Source: Balanoglossus misakiensis (taxonomy: Eukaryota; Animalia; Hemichordata). From it: a stretch of 64,000 nucleotides of DNA. Positions 20,571 to 31,537 of the stretch are shown piece by piece. Both the position numbers and the translations under genes were made by a program. The stretch's first letter is position 1, and every line of letters begins with the position of its first letter. The stretch covers positions 4,762,301-4,826,300 of the forward strand of contig CM082577.2 in the NCBI GenBank assembly GCA_040954595.2. The letters are read 5' to 3'. The notes below the pieces were generated by a model. That model was given only the letters and a program-made list of their open reading frames with translations. It did not search any database and was not told the DNA's origin.

Positions 20571-21938
20571 CTAAAAGTTCGCTGATTTCATCGAAGTTCT
20601 TGCGGGAGTATTTCTCAGGTGTTTCCTGCGTTTCTCTCTGTACTCGTCTGACATTCTATAGGCGGCGAGGACACTGGCGAATTCGGCGGCCACGTCCCAG
20701 TGTGGTCTGACGCGCAGGCATACTTTTGGCGGGTAATCATTAGTGTCGTCTGCGCATTTGAGAGAAGTTTGACTGCTGCGTGCATCATGATTCGACATTG
20801 CAGGTTTTCCGCGAGAATCCTTTCCGGTGGGGGATACTGAGAGAGGGAGATGCGCATGCTCGAACGAGTTTACGGCACAGGGCGACACTGAATACCCGTT
20901 CGGTGGGTAGACTTCATTCTCGCCCGCTTTCGTTGCTGGGACAAACACAGCTTCGGTATCGACCTCACCGCTGAACTTGTTCCAGTTCACAGCATCGTCC
21001 AGGTACCTGTCCATGATATAAATATCGCCACCAGCAGGCGTATCGAGAGATCCACTCGCGTCGTCCTTCAACTTTTGGTCAGATTGCTTGCCTGCATCCA
21101 TCCTTCCGCGTCCTCCCACACGGGTACTTGCGGTGTCGCACGTTATGACGGATTCGACCCAGCTGTCTTCCGAGTTTGACGAAGAGTTTGTCTTCCTCGT
21201 CAGAATGTTTATCTCCGCTGGCTCAGTGCGGTCGCCGAACAAGTCGCTGAGCAAACGCTTGCCGTTCGCGGTTGACCGCGGCCGCGGGAGGAGGTCGTCA
21301 TCTTCCGATTTTCCGTCGGGTGTTTTCGGCTTTGAAATCTCACTTTCACTGATGCCATGTCGCGCAGAAGAAATTCTCCCGCCAGTCAGCAGTGATAAAT
21401 CCGACGGGATTGTTGAGCTTGTGGCTGATTTACTCTGTCTTTCAGCATGTTCCACGCGACGTGCAGAATGCGTTGTCTGGAGTTTTGCAGACGACGTATT
21501 GTTGCCCCTGGCGGCGTCATTACCAGCTCGGACGTTTGTACAATTAATATCATCAAAGTGTGAAGTCGGTTCATTTTTTACCGCTTCAATCTTTCTGTTT
21601 TCTCTAGTTTGGGTTTCCTCGAAACGAGTGGTGTTTATTGCGCTACATCTCGTCCCGGTTATTTGCAGCGGATCGCCGTTATCGGCCGCATCGGGCTCGG
21701 ATCGGCGTGTTGCGCTGAACCCTGCTATAGTGGTCTGGTGCTGGAATAGTTCGTTCCAATCCACAAGTCCATTCCCTCTGCAACGAGAAGAGGTTTCTTT
21801 CTTTGGGACCCCGTTTCTCCGGAGACTCCCAGTTTCCACGACGTTTGGCAAATCCGTGCGAAGTTGCCTTTTGGCGAAGCAGTTTCCCGGCATTTTACCC
21901 GTGATGCCGGTTTTGAAATTTCTGCCCTTGTCATTCAT
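20571..21938 (-). CDS. Intronless ORF of about 455 aa, mostly hydrophilic/disordered, unknown function
   Basis: 1.37 kb stop-free frame with higher GC than its flanks; first ATG at 21938; AATAAA on the minus strand near 20360. No domain recognised. An extra 5' exon cannot be excluded. Confidence 0.6.
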   Translation of the reverse strand: MNDKGRNFKTGITGKMPGNCFAKRQLRTDLPNVVETGSLRRNGVPKKETSSRCRGNGLVDWNELFQHQTTIAGFSATRRSEPDAADNGDPLQITGTRCSAINTTRFEETQTRENRKIEAVKNEPTSHFDDINCTNVRAGNDAARGNNTSSAKLQTTHSARRVEHAERQSKSATSSTIPSDLSLLTGGRISSARHGISESEISKPKTPDGKSEDDDLLPRPRSTANGKRLLSDLFGDRTEPAEINILTRKTNSSSNSEDSWVESVITCDTASTRVGGRGRMDAGKQSDQKLKDDASGSLDTPAGGDIYIMDRYLDDAVNWNKFSGEVDTEAVFVPATKAGENEVYPPNGYSVSPCAVNSFEHAHLPLSVSPTGKDSRGKPAMSNHDARSSQTSLKCADDTNDYPPKVCLRVRPHWDVAAEFASVLAAYRMSDEYREKRRKHLRNTPARTSMKSANF

Positions 21939-23757
21939 ATCGCTTTCTAATTTCAAAGAAATTAAGAAATTACCGTTTTCTTAACATACAGAACTCAGCA
22001 ACAGTATTCCGCATATATATCCGTCGGCCATATTGCAATCACAACGATAAGAGAAGTTCAGCCTGAAACGAAAACACAGCGGGAGACGAGTAAATCACCA
22101 AAACTATGACGTCTTCTGCAACTTCTCAAGTTGCCAAGTAAATGTGACGACGTCGTTCCCTGGTATTATTCAGAAGAGACAAAAATACGTGCACACACTC
22201 AAGAAATTACCTTCAGACTGCAATATATTAGCACCGCAGTGACTTGTTCGAGCATGTCTTGTTGTCCGCACGGAGGATTTACAGAATTCGAAGTTTCGAA
22301 CTTCGTCAAGGTGACGAACGATTTCGTTCTATTGACTTGCAGTGAAATCGCGTTTGCTCCAAAATTGGTTTTAGGCCTACAACGCCTCCTTCGCAAAATA
22401 GACCCACTACTCATTTCTATACTCTGTGATGTCGGCATGGATCGGGCATCATAGGTGACACACGGTAGTTATCTATCCGAGTGTTGCCATACCAACGGCT
22501 CCGTCCAGCAGTACACAAGCACTGACCTGAGATGGCGCCCTTGAACGACGATCGTCGCGCGCGTTGCCCTTGCTTTCACTTTCCCCAGGTAGGGATGCAT
22601 TATCATAATTACTCGTTACGTAATCAACTTGGGACATCGGGGAGAAGCATTTTCAGCGCGATTAAAGCGAGCAATGATCAAAACAACATGGTCAAATTAG
22701 GAAGGTGTTGTCGCGGAGGAAACTGTTGATTTCACCTGGGTAAGTTATTCAAGATTTTGATAGTAATATTTGACTGAGCATAAGTATGACGTACGTTCAG
22801 CGCTGGCGTTCGACATTCGAGTTGACTCAACGGACTGACTGTTGTATTGTACCTGGTATGCAAACACTGCCATTGTAATAAGTTGCCCGTGTCTGTGACC
22901 AGCACGGGTCACTTGTCGGTTCAAAAATCAAGAAACGCTCAAACTGTAGCCCGCGGAATGATACTTGCAACAGACTCCGAGCGGTATAATTTCATGGAGC
23001 AGATCGGAAAACCCTCTACGAACGTATGCATGGTTAGCGCATGCACGAGTAGGAATATATACACATTGGTCACTTCTGCATATGCATGGTTTATACTACA
23101 TGTTTTTGCCAAGGTGTGTATATGCACAGTCGACATCAAAACAGATCACAGTAACCAAAGCGTCTCAAAGCAAAATGTTCCTCCGTATACGCCGCGCCCT
23201 AATAATCCCTCTTGAAGAGATCGGGATAATCACCTCCGGAGATTTTTTACTCAGGACGTCCTGACTGATTAAATTAGCATGGCTGCCGCTTAAATTTGCT
23301 AAGCACGCAGAATATAAATTGGCTGTCGCCGTGGCAACCGTCAACAGGTGGCCCAGTACTCGCGCTGGGAACACAGGGCCCTCAGATGACAGTGCCTGGG
23401 ATCTTGACATACGACGTGACGAGTTCGGACATGATTATTGTGAGAGATCTGCCATTGGAACCGTGGTGCTGCTGCTTGCTAGTGGGTACACACGTTTCTG
23501 GTACAAACCAGGTTAATCAATATTTCCAGCTGGACGAATACTAGTACTGGCCCTTGTCCAAAAATCATCGGAGCAAAAAAGGTTAAAACTGAGGGCGTCA
23601 AAGCTTGATGTCCAAATACAAGAACTAAACATCCAGTCGCATTATATGCACGACACTTTTCCTAACTCTTAATCATTGCAATGATGAGTGTCTTTGTCTT
23701 TTTTTCCACTTCCAGTGCGTATCGATTGAGGGCGGCATCACCACCGAGGAGCAGAAA

Positions 23758-25368
23758 ATGAAGATATCGACTTTTCTGAAACTCTCGTCACTAGCCGGGC
23801 TGGTTGCCCTGGCGATCGTCTACAGTAGTGGACGCGGCTGCGTCCGGGAGACTCCTCAAAGTGACGAAAGGCGCAGGTCCGTTCAGACCGACGAGAGGAC
23901 TCCAGTTCTGGAGTCTTTCGAGTTCAGGGTTGACGAGTCGGTGACCTCGAGCGAAGAGTATCTGAAGGCCATGCAGGTGAGAGACTCGAGCTGCGAGTGC
24001 CCCGGGCTGAAACACGGGCCTCTGACCGGCATGGCCAGGGAGAGACAGCGGAGAGAGCACGCGAAGTGGACCAAAGAGAACGCCCAGCACAAGGAACCAA
24101 TCGCCGTGTGCCACGCCATGTCGCCCATCGGTTACCTCGGAAACGGCATCACGGTGGAAGCGCTGGAGTCGGTGCGATTGGCCGGGCTCAGTTTCCATAG
24201 AGACGCGATGACGCTACTGAGGGAAAGAGACGCACACTCGGAGCTGTCCATTACATTCAAGTCGAAGGCATTTTTGGGTACGTTGTACGTCGACATGTCG
24301 ACGGCCGACCTGCAAAATATCAAAATTGAAGGGAACGCCACGTATGAATTGGAGATAGTGACTACCAGGGGAAATGTAGAAAATTTAAACGGAATTCTTG
24401 GACATGTAATTTACAATAATACTCAGTACACCATCAAAGGCAGAGAAACCATAGACGTATCGGTTTTAGAGTTCAAGGTGTCCATCAACATTCTGGTTCA
24501 CCGTTCCATAATACCGGTGCTGCATGACACCGGGCCGAAAATCAACGGCATCAGCCGCAAAGTGACTGTGGCGACGAAAACCTTCGAGCGGTACCCCGCC
24601 GTCAACAGGCTCGTCCAGAGTATTAATAAGTTTTACCCGAATATGACCATCGTGGTGGCCGACGATTCTCGGACGGCGGAGAAAATAAACGGCCGTAACG
24701 TCAAACAGTACTTTATGCCCTTCGCTGAAGGGCTGAACGCCGGCAAGAACCTGGTCCTCAGCCAGATCAGGACAAAGTACTTCCTGTGGGTCGATGACGA
24801 TTTCGTCTTCACGGAGAAGACCAGGCTCGAGTTGATGCTGGAGAAGCTGGAGTCGCCGACGACGGAACTGGACCTGGTCGCCGGCATGTTGCAAGACAGA
24901 GGGGGCGGGGTGAGGCCCTGCGGCAAGGAGAACTGTTGGAGGACGTTGACCTATCGACAGGGGAAGGACGGCAACTGCGTGTACAAGGGCGACCTGTGGC
25001 TCTACAGGACGCTGGAGGAGTTCCCCAACTGCCAAGTGTTGGACCTGGTCACCGACTTCTGGATGGCCAAAACCCAGGCCGTGCGCCGAGTCGGCGGGTT
25101 CGACGTGGAGCTGGAGCGAATCGGCCACCGGGAGTTCTTCGTCGACGCCGTCGGCCAACTCCGCGTCGCCCAGTGCGACGACGTATCCATCCGCCACTTG
25201 CCCGTCACCAACCAGGAGTACGAAAAATATCGACGGATGGAGATTCGGCCGACCGAAAAGCAGAGATACGTCGACCATCTGCTCTTCAAGAACGGCCTGC
25301 AGTGTTTCGAGTCCTGGTTTCCAAAATTGATATCGAAACCCCTTTTGAATCACTCAAAACACAAGTAA
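23758..25368 (+). CDS. B4GALNT1: Beta-1,4-N-acetylgalactosaminyltransferase 1/2-like (GT2 family, type II membrane protein), 536 aa, single coding exon
   Basis: N-terminal signal anchor and stem CxC. KVTVATKTFERY...FYPNMTIVVADDS...MPF..G..AG.NL..SQIRTKYFLWVDDDFVFT (DDD motif)...DLVTDFWMA..H.EFF follows the B4GALNT1/2 pattern. Splice acceptor at 23715 before the ATG; AATAAA at 25403. B4GALNT1 and B4GALNT2 cannot be separated from sequence alone. Confidence 0.88.
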   Translation: MKISTFLKLSSLAGLVALAIVYSSGRGCVRETPQSDERRRSVQTDERTPVLESFEFRVDESVTSSEEYLKAMQVRDSSCECPGLKHGPLTGMARERQRREHAKWTKENAQHKEPIAVCHAMSPIGYLGNGITVEALESVRLAGLSFHRDAMTLLRERDAHSELSITFKSKAFLGTLYVDMSTADLQNIKIEGNATYELEIVTTRGNVENLNGILGHVIYNNTQYTIKGRETIDVSVLEFKVSINILVHRSIIPVLHDTGPKINGISRKVTVATKTFERYPAVNRLVQSINKFYPNMTIVVADDSRTAEKINGRNVKQYFMPFAEGLNAGKNLVLSQIRTKYFLWVDDDFVFTEKTRLELMLEKLESPTTELDLVAGMLQDRGGGVRPCGKENCWRTLTYRQGKDGNCVYKGDLWLYRTLEEFPNCQVLDLVTDFWMAKTQAVRRVGGFDVELERIGHREFFVDAVGQLRVAQCDDVSIRHLPVTNQEYEKYRRMEIRPTEKQRYVDHLLFKNGLQCFESWFPKLISKPLLNHSKHK

Positions 25369-25758
25369 AGTTTTTTTTTTGTTGATGAAGGCGATTTTAA
25401 CCAATAAAAGTCATTTGAAAATGTTTGTAAATTGTCATTTGTCTCCCAACCCACTTATTTAAGAAGAATACGGCCTGTGTACAGTGATTGAGTTGTGTTC
25501 TGTTCCATGCCCCTTGAACAAAAGAAGTGACGTGTGTTCGTTCTAGTCAGTCAAGATCGTTGGTGAAGAATAAGAAGAACACCCTTGTTGCAGGTTGTAT
25601 GAAACAGGTAATAACAACAAAATCCAAGCTTTGTCAGGAATGAAGCAAATGATCTTCAAGTTAGACTTTTCTCGAGTCTAGTTATTGAGGGATAGAAGCG
25701 CAAGCCTAGCCTCTCTTGACGGGAAGCGCCCTCAAGCGACTCTTGAGCGATAACCTTT

Positions 25759-25940
25759 GGGTCAAAAGGTCATAGCGTCGCCGCAACGTATAACAACATG
25801 GCTGCGCCCTGTGAAAGACGCACTTTGTTGTTTTGACGAGAAACTACTGTCGCTGGCTTTTCTAACCCATATACGTTTTGATCCGTGTGGTCGTCATAAA
25901 TTTTCTAACCTAGTATAGCCCTCTGTCGATCCAGGTAAGT
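25759..25940 (+). promoter_or_regulatory. Putative PRPF31 promoter and non-coding first exon
   Basis: CpG-rich segment with a DR2 element GGGTCA-AA-AGGTCA (25759-25772), a YY1-like CAACATGGCTGC (25795-25806) and a strong donor CAG|GTAAGT at 25935. Confidence 0.55.
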
Positions 25941-26260
25941 AATATCGCCTTCGGTTGATCACGAGATTTTGGTCGAAAAGCTGGGACAGGTTCCCGGACA
26001 GGTTTCGCACACCCGTCATGATTCATGAACTGTACCTGTACCTGCAAGCCTCTCTTGGTCGGATCTGCAAAGGTCAAATTCTCCCCAAGTTTGTAGTCTT
26101 TTCTGTTTTAATGTTCATCAACTTCTTCACAGGTTTTTCAACCAGACAAAGAGAGTTTGAAAGTCGTTGGAAAGATTTCAGGAGTACTCCTTTTACTGGA
26201 GACACAGGAAACGAACTTAGTGTTGCTGTCACTTAGTAACAAAAACAACAGATCTGAAGC

Positions 26261-29200
26261 ATGTCTCTGGCAGATGAACTTTTGGCAGATTTGGAAGAGA
26301 TTGCGGAGGAGAGAGATGAGACTGAAGTTGATGTTGAGAAAGATGGCGATATTGATGACGTGGAGGAGGTTACCATGGAAATAGATTCTGTAAAGGGGGA
26401 CTCTATACATAATATTGCTACATTGCGGGACAGTCAACGGGTAGGTAATACATGTAAATGGTAATGGCTGAATGAAGCACATTGATGGGTATACATGTAA
26501 ACACATGGTAATAAGGACACTTGTCAACCTTGTAAGGAAAATAGAATTTAAGTTCTATATTTGGATACAGGATATGATGATTTTTTGAAAACTCTTTTCT
26601 GTCATACACTTGTATCATTACTAGATTCTAGTTTGGAAGTGGTGAAAACGTTGCAACAAAATGTATTGCTCTGTGGAATGTTGGAATTGCATGGTTGCAA
26701 GTACATGTAGTTGTATGATTTATATAAAAAAAACATTCTACTCTCACGTGTACAGTGCATGAAAGTTCATGTAGCTGTGTGTACAACCTGTAAAATATCG
26801 CCATTGTTTTTCCTGTTTCTAGTTGAAAGATGTACGCAAACAGATTTTACATTTCCAAGACAAGCGGTCAAAAGACGAAGGTATGTTATTCTGCATCGAT
26901 GTTCAGATTTTATCGTTTGAATCGCAATTGTACAGTACAGTGACCTTTGATTTGCGTAATGACAGAATTACAGAGATAAATGTATATGTAGTGTGGTGCA
27001 GTAAGAAGTGTCTTGACCAGGCGACAGAGGGACTGAATCAAGGGGAAAATGTGGCATTCAAAGGCTTAATATCATTGTCTGTTTCTTTGCAGTGAATGGG
27101 CCAGTGGAAGCAGATCCGGAATATCAGTTGATTATTGAAGCCAATAACCTGACAGTAGAAATAGACAATGAAGTCAGTGAGTCAAAGTCTCTCTTTTTTC
27201 AGTTCTTACGTGAGTAAATTTTGGCATCCTGGGTGAGTGATAAACATTTCATTCAGTAAACCAGCTTTCCAGTTGACCAGATTTCAACCAAACAAACTAA
27301 AGTGTTGTGTTTTGTGTTTGTCCCCCCAGATGTCATACACAAATTCTGCCGTGATCACTACATGAAGCGATTCCCGGAGTTGGAGTCTCTGGTACCTGGT
27401 GCCTTGGACTACATGCACACTGTCAAGGTATGGTTCCATGTTTTTCCCATGAATGTCAGTGGTTGATCAGTCGAACAGCGCCCTCAGTAGGTCAAACATA
27501 CGTTTATCTGTGATCAAAGGATTTCCATGTTTTTTTGGAGTTTATGTATTAACTACATGTACATGTACAATAGGACTGAAATGAGTTCCATTCGGAATTC
27601 CATCCCTGATCTTGTTTCTTTCTGAAAATACAGGAACTTGGTAACGACTTGGAGAAAGCCAAAACAAACGAGAAACTTCAAGAAATCCTGACGCCCGCAG
27701 TGATCATGGTTGTCAGCGTGTCGGCGTCAACAACACAGGGTGAAAAAATGGACGATGATGAGTTGAGTAGGGTGTATGAAGCCTGTGATATGGTGAGTAA
27801 AAGTATTCCATGGCTGATAACCAGCAGGAGTGAAGCCTGATATGTTGTGAGTGAAAACGAAAAAAAAAAACACATGATTGATTTACTCTGGAATTACATG
27901 ACATACACAATGCTAAGATATGGCACTGTTACTGACTGACTCAGTCGGGATGTTTGAGATTTACAAATCTTACAATTCACAACTGTCCTGATGTTATCAT
28001 AATTCCCTTTAAAAAGTTCATTTTGTATTGAAATAGCCAAATCAATTGCATGTATGTGGATGCTAGCCACAGCAGCAAGAACTCTGGTCAACCTAGTTTC
28101 TGAAACTCAAATTAGAAACTCATTTTTATGATTTATCAAAGAAATGATACAAAAGCCAACCTTCTTCAGACCTCAAAATTTTTCTTCCAAGCAGATTTTC
28201 ATAGCTCTGTTTCTGGTTTGTCCCCATCGTGATTTCAGGCGATCGAGGTGAACGAAGCCAAGAATGAAATCTTGATTTATGTGGAATCGAGGATGTCGTT
28301 CATCGCACCCAATCTGTCAATCATAGTCGGTGCCTCAACAGCTGCCAAAATCATGGGTAAGATCGGCTGTTATCCCTTTCGCCACTATGGTTTGCTCCAA
28401 ATCCATTGTTTTCTGTGGTAAAGTTGGACCTCTAAGCAGGAAAAAAGGGGTGAAAAGGGTTAATGATGTTGACACAAAAATAATTAAGTACACGTACTCT
28501 CCTAAGATGTAACATCGGGATTGTCTATTTAAAAATTTAGAAAATTTTGCCCTTTCATTCACAATTTTGCATCCCCAATTTGTATTTCATTTGAGTCTTT
28601 TTCTGTGGAAATATAAACATTGAAAAGACTGCTGACATGTCTGTGATGTGCCTTTGTAGGTGCCGCAGGGGGACTGACAAATTTATCCAAGATGCCGTCT
28701 TGTAACGTCCAAGTGCTGGGAGCTCAACGGAAAACACTGAGCGGTTTCTCCTCGGCGGCGACCAATCCGCACACGGGATACGTGTACTACAGCGACATTG
28801 TGCAAGGAACTCCCTCGGTAAGACTAATGAGCGACTGTTAGTGCAGGCAGCTTTGTGGAATTTTTCGTTTGTTTGCTCCACTGGTGAAATCAGCCTGTAA
28901 TTGATGCAGCAAGTAAGTGTGATACCATGACTTAAGCTGGGGATATGAAAACATGCAACGAATATCAGAAAAGGAATTTAGTCCAACCTCCAGGTACTTT
29001 GTAAAGTAGTAAGTGCTTCAGATAAATATTCAGGACTTGCTCAGCTTCCAATTGGAATTCTATGCTGTAATTGCATTCTTTGTTTCATTCCACCAGGATT
29101 TCAGGAAGAAGGCAACCAGGCTGGTGGCTGCCAAGTGCACCCTGGCGGCTCGCGTGGATAGTTTCCATGAAAGCCCACAAGGAGAGGTGGGTCGGAATCT

Positions 29201-30700
29201 CCGGGAGGAAGTCGAGCGGAAATTGGACAAATTGCAGGAACCCCCTCCTGTGAAACAAGCCAGGCCACTGCCAGCGCCGCTTGAACAGGCCAGAAAGAAG
29301 AGAGGTGGACGGCGGTGAGACTTTAGGGGATTACATGAGATTTTATGAGATTACGTGAGATTTTGTGTGAGCATATGAGATTTTATGTGATCCTGTCAGA
29401 TTTCATGTGATTTTATGAGACTATGTGATTACATAAGATTTTGTGTGTTCCATGAGACTTTATCTGATTACCTGAGATTTTATGTGAGCATATGAGATTT
29501 TATGGGATTTTATGTGATCCTGTCAGATTTCATGTGATTTTATGAGACTATGTGATTACATAATATTTCGTGTGTTCCATGAGATTTTACGTGATTACCT
29601 GAGCTATTTTTATGTGATTTTATGAGTTTTTATGTGGCTACATGAGATTTCATGGTGATCATATGAGATTTCATGTAATTTTTTATAAGATTTCAATATC
29701 TGACTTTAGAAGATTTTATGCAGTTTTTATCAGAGGTTAGCTAGTAGAGTCATGTTATTTGTTGGCAGTGAACGTGAAAAGAGTGTGGCAGTGATGGATT
29801 TTCACTTTTCTCTCGTTGACAGACTGAGGAAAATGAAAGAGAAATATGGTATGACCGAGATGAGGAAAGCGGCAAACAGAATGACGTTCGGTGAGATCGA
29901 AGAGGACGCCTACCAGGATGCAATGGGATACTCCACGGGGCAGGTGGGAAAATCCGGCACAGGCAGAATCCGAGGCCCTCAGGTGGACAACAAAACGCAG
30001 GTTAAAATCTCCAAGAGTCTTCAGGTAAGGAGTGCTGTCACTGTCGGTGAAGTTGACGACCGGAATGTTGCGGCGCGTCCGTTTATAATTTGCATTGCCA
30101 AAAGGTAGATGTGCCTCATAAATACACGATGTCATACTTCAATCAGCCATTTTCTTCATGACCTCTGTGGGGCCCTTATATGCCCTTCTAATTGTCGCGG
30201 ATGATTTTGAGCAGTTTCAATTTTCGTACGTTTTTCCTCATCAACCCGAAAGATGATGAATTGCCTGAGTCAAAAGGGAAAAAAATAAAGACTGTGTAGG
30301 AAAAATCTTTCGAAAACATGTCTTTTCTTACCATAACGACAACTACCGCTGATTTTTTTTTTGCAGAGGGCTTTACAGAAACAGCAGACGTATGGTGGCA
30401 AATCCACGGTCAAAGGTCGTGAGACCTCAGGTACTGCTTCCAGTGTGGCATTCACACCTCTGCAGGTCAGTGTCTTCAATTGTTTTCTCATTTCTGTGTC
30501 TATGAAACAATAAATGATGCCACATATTTTGTTTGACGAATCAGGCATGTTAGAGGAATTTTTAAAAGGAATAACCGTCCTCTTGATTTTTGCAGGGATT
30601 GGAAATTGTCAACCCAAACGCAGCAGAGAAAAAAGTTGCAGAAGCCAACGCAAAGTACTTCTCAGCGACTGCCAGCTTTATCAACGTCCAGGACAAATAG
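26261..30700 (+). CDS. PRPF31: U4/U6 snRNP protein Prp31, 492 aa, 11 coding exons
   Basis: Exons: 26261-26440, 26823-26880, 27093-27176, 27330-27427, 27634-27792, 28239-28356, 28660-28817, 29097-29314, 29823-30024, 30367-30465, 30596-30700 (1479 nt, in frame). Diagnostic peptides MSLADELLADLEE, GPVEADPEY, KRFPELESLV, YVESRMSFIAPNLS, AKCTLAARVDS, RKKRGGRR, NRMTFGEIEED, SGTASSVAFTPLQGLEIVNP. Confidence 0.98.
28374..28459. mobile_element. 86-bp piggyBac-like MITE (CCCTTT...AAAGGG, TTAA-type target) in a PRPF31 intron
   Basis: TTAT-CCCTTTC...GAAAAGGG-TTAA. A decayed inverted relative lies at about 51868-51957. Confidence 0.55.
29328..29694. repeat. Degenerate ~10-bp minisatellite (GATTTTATGA/GT) with a higher-order duplication of about 120-130 bp, in a PRPF31 intron
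   Basis: Recurrent tgagattttatgtga units. The block gtgagcatatgagattttatg...tcctgtcagatttcatgtgattttatgagactatgtgattacata occurs twice. Confidence 0.9.
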
Positions 30701-31047
30701 AGAAAACTGTACTCCAAGAGATGAATAACTCAAAACTACTTTTATGTTATTTTATGTATTTTGTTCTCCACTGAATTTTTTATGTGGTATCTCCTGTCAG
30801 ATTAATCTGATAATTATTTCTGGGGCTATATTATTGTAAACAATCTTTTCACACAGGAACCATGAAGGGAACTTACACAACCGCTGCAATTTTCACTGAA
30901 ACATGAAAGTTGAATATTAAAGATTTGTTAATCATAGTGATTTTGCTTGGTAATAATTTCATCATTTTCAAATGTTCATTTGTTGATTTTTTCTGACGTA
31001 TTGAATATCAGGTTTCTCACATTAAATATCATTTATGTCACATGCTG

Positions 31048-31077
31048 AATAAACTTTTTTTTGGAAAAATGAATAAA
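31048..31077 (+). terminator. Putative PRPF31 polyadenylation signals (two AATAAA)
   Basis: AATAAA at 31048 and 31072, about 350 nt after the stop. Confidence 0.55.
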
Positions 31078-31338
31078 AATGTCAGTCATTTAATATTGCC
31101 TGTGTGTGGCTTTGGATGGGTCATTACACACTTCATCCTATGGTCAACGTCTGTATTCGGCAAGGTCGTGTATCTGTCGATAATTTCTACAGCTGTTACT
31201 ATTAGTACATACATCAGTGTATTGCTAAATGAGGGCACGTGCGGTAAAGAAAAACGTTTCAACGAATACACGAATGTGATTCAGTATACACAGTACATGT
31301 CATGAAAACAACGTCATCTTTCATAGTTAGAACGTGTC

Positions 31339-31354
31339 CGCCACTAGATGGCGT
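31339..31354 (+). promoter_or_regulatory. CTCF-type motif between the PRPF31 3' end and the next promoter
   Basis: CGCCACTAGATGGCGT closely matches the bilaterian CTCF consensus CCACYAGRKGGCR. Confidence 0.6.
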
Positions 31355-31537
31355 GCGTTGATCCCTTTTCCCATGAATCCTAGCGCCTCACAGATGAGGT
31401 CACATGACCTTTGCCCCACCAGAATAATGAAATCAAGGTCTGAAGCTTTACAGAGTTGAGTAGAAAATTACCAATGATTTTGATGCGAATTTCGGTGCCT
31501 TTTTGACCGAAATATTCTAAAGAGACACCACACTACG

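Noticed and set aside
21088-21984. 298-aa plus-strand ORF
   Set aside because: Non-ATG start and antisense to the longer minus-strand ORF, with shadow-like composition.
24466-25353. 295-aa minus-strand ORF
   Set aside because: Antisense shadow of the glycosyltransferase CDS.
29328-29694. CRISPR-like periodicity
   Set aside because: Degenerate contiguous units without unique spacers, in a eukaryotic intron, with no cas genes.
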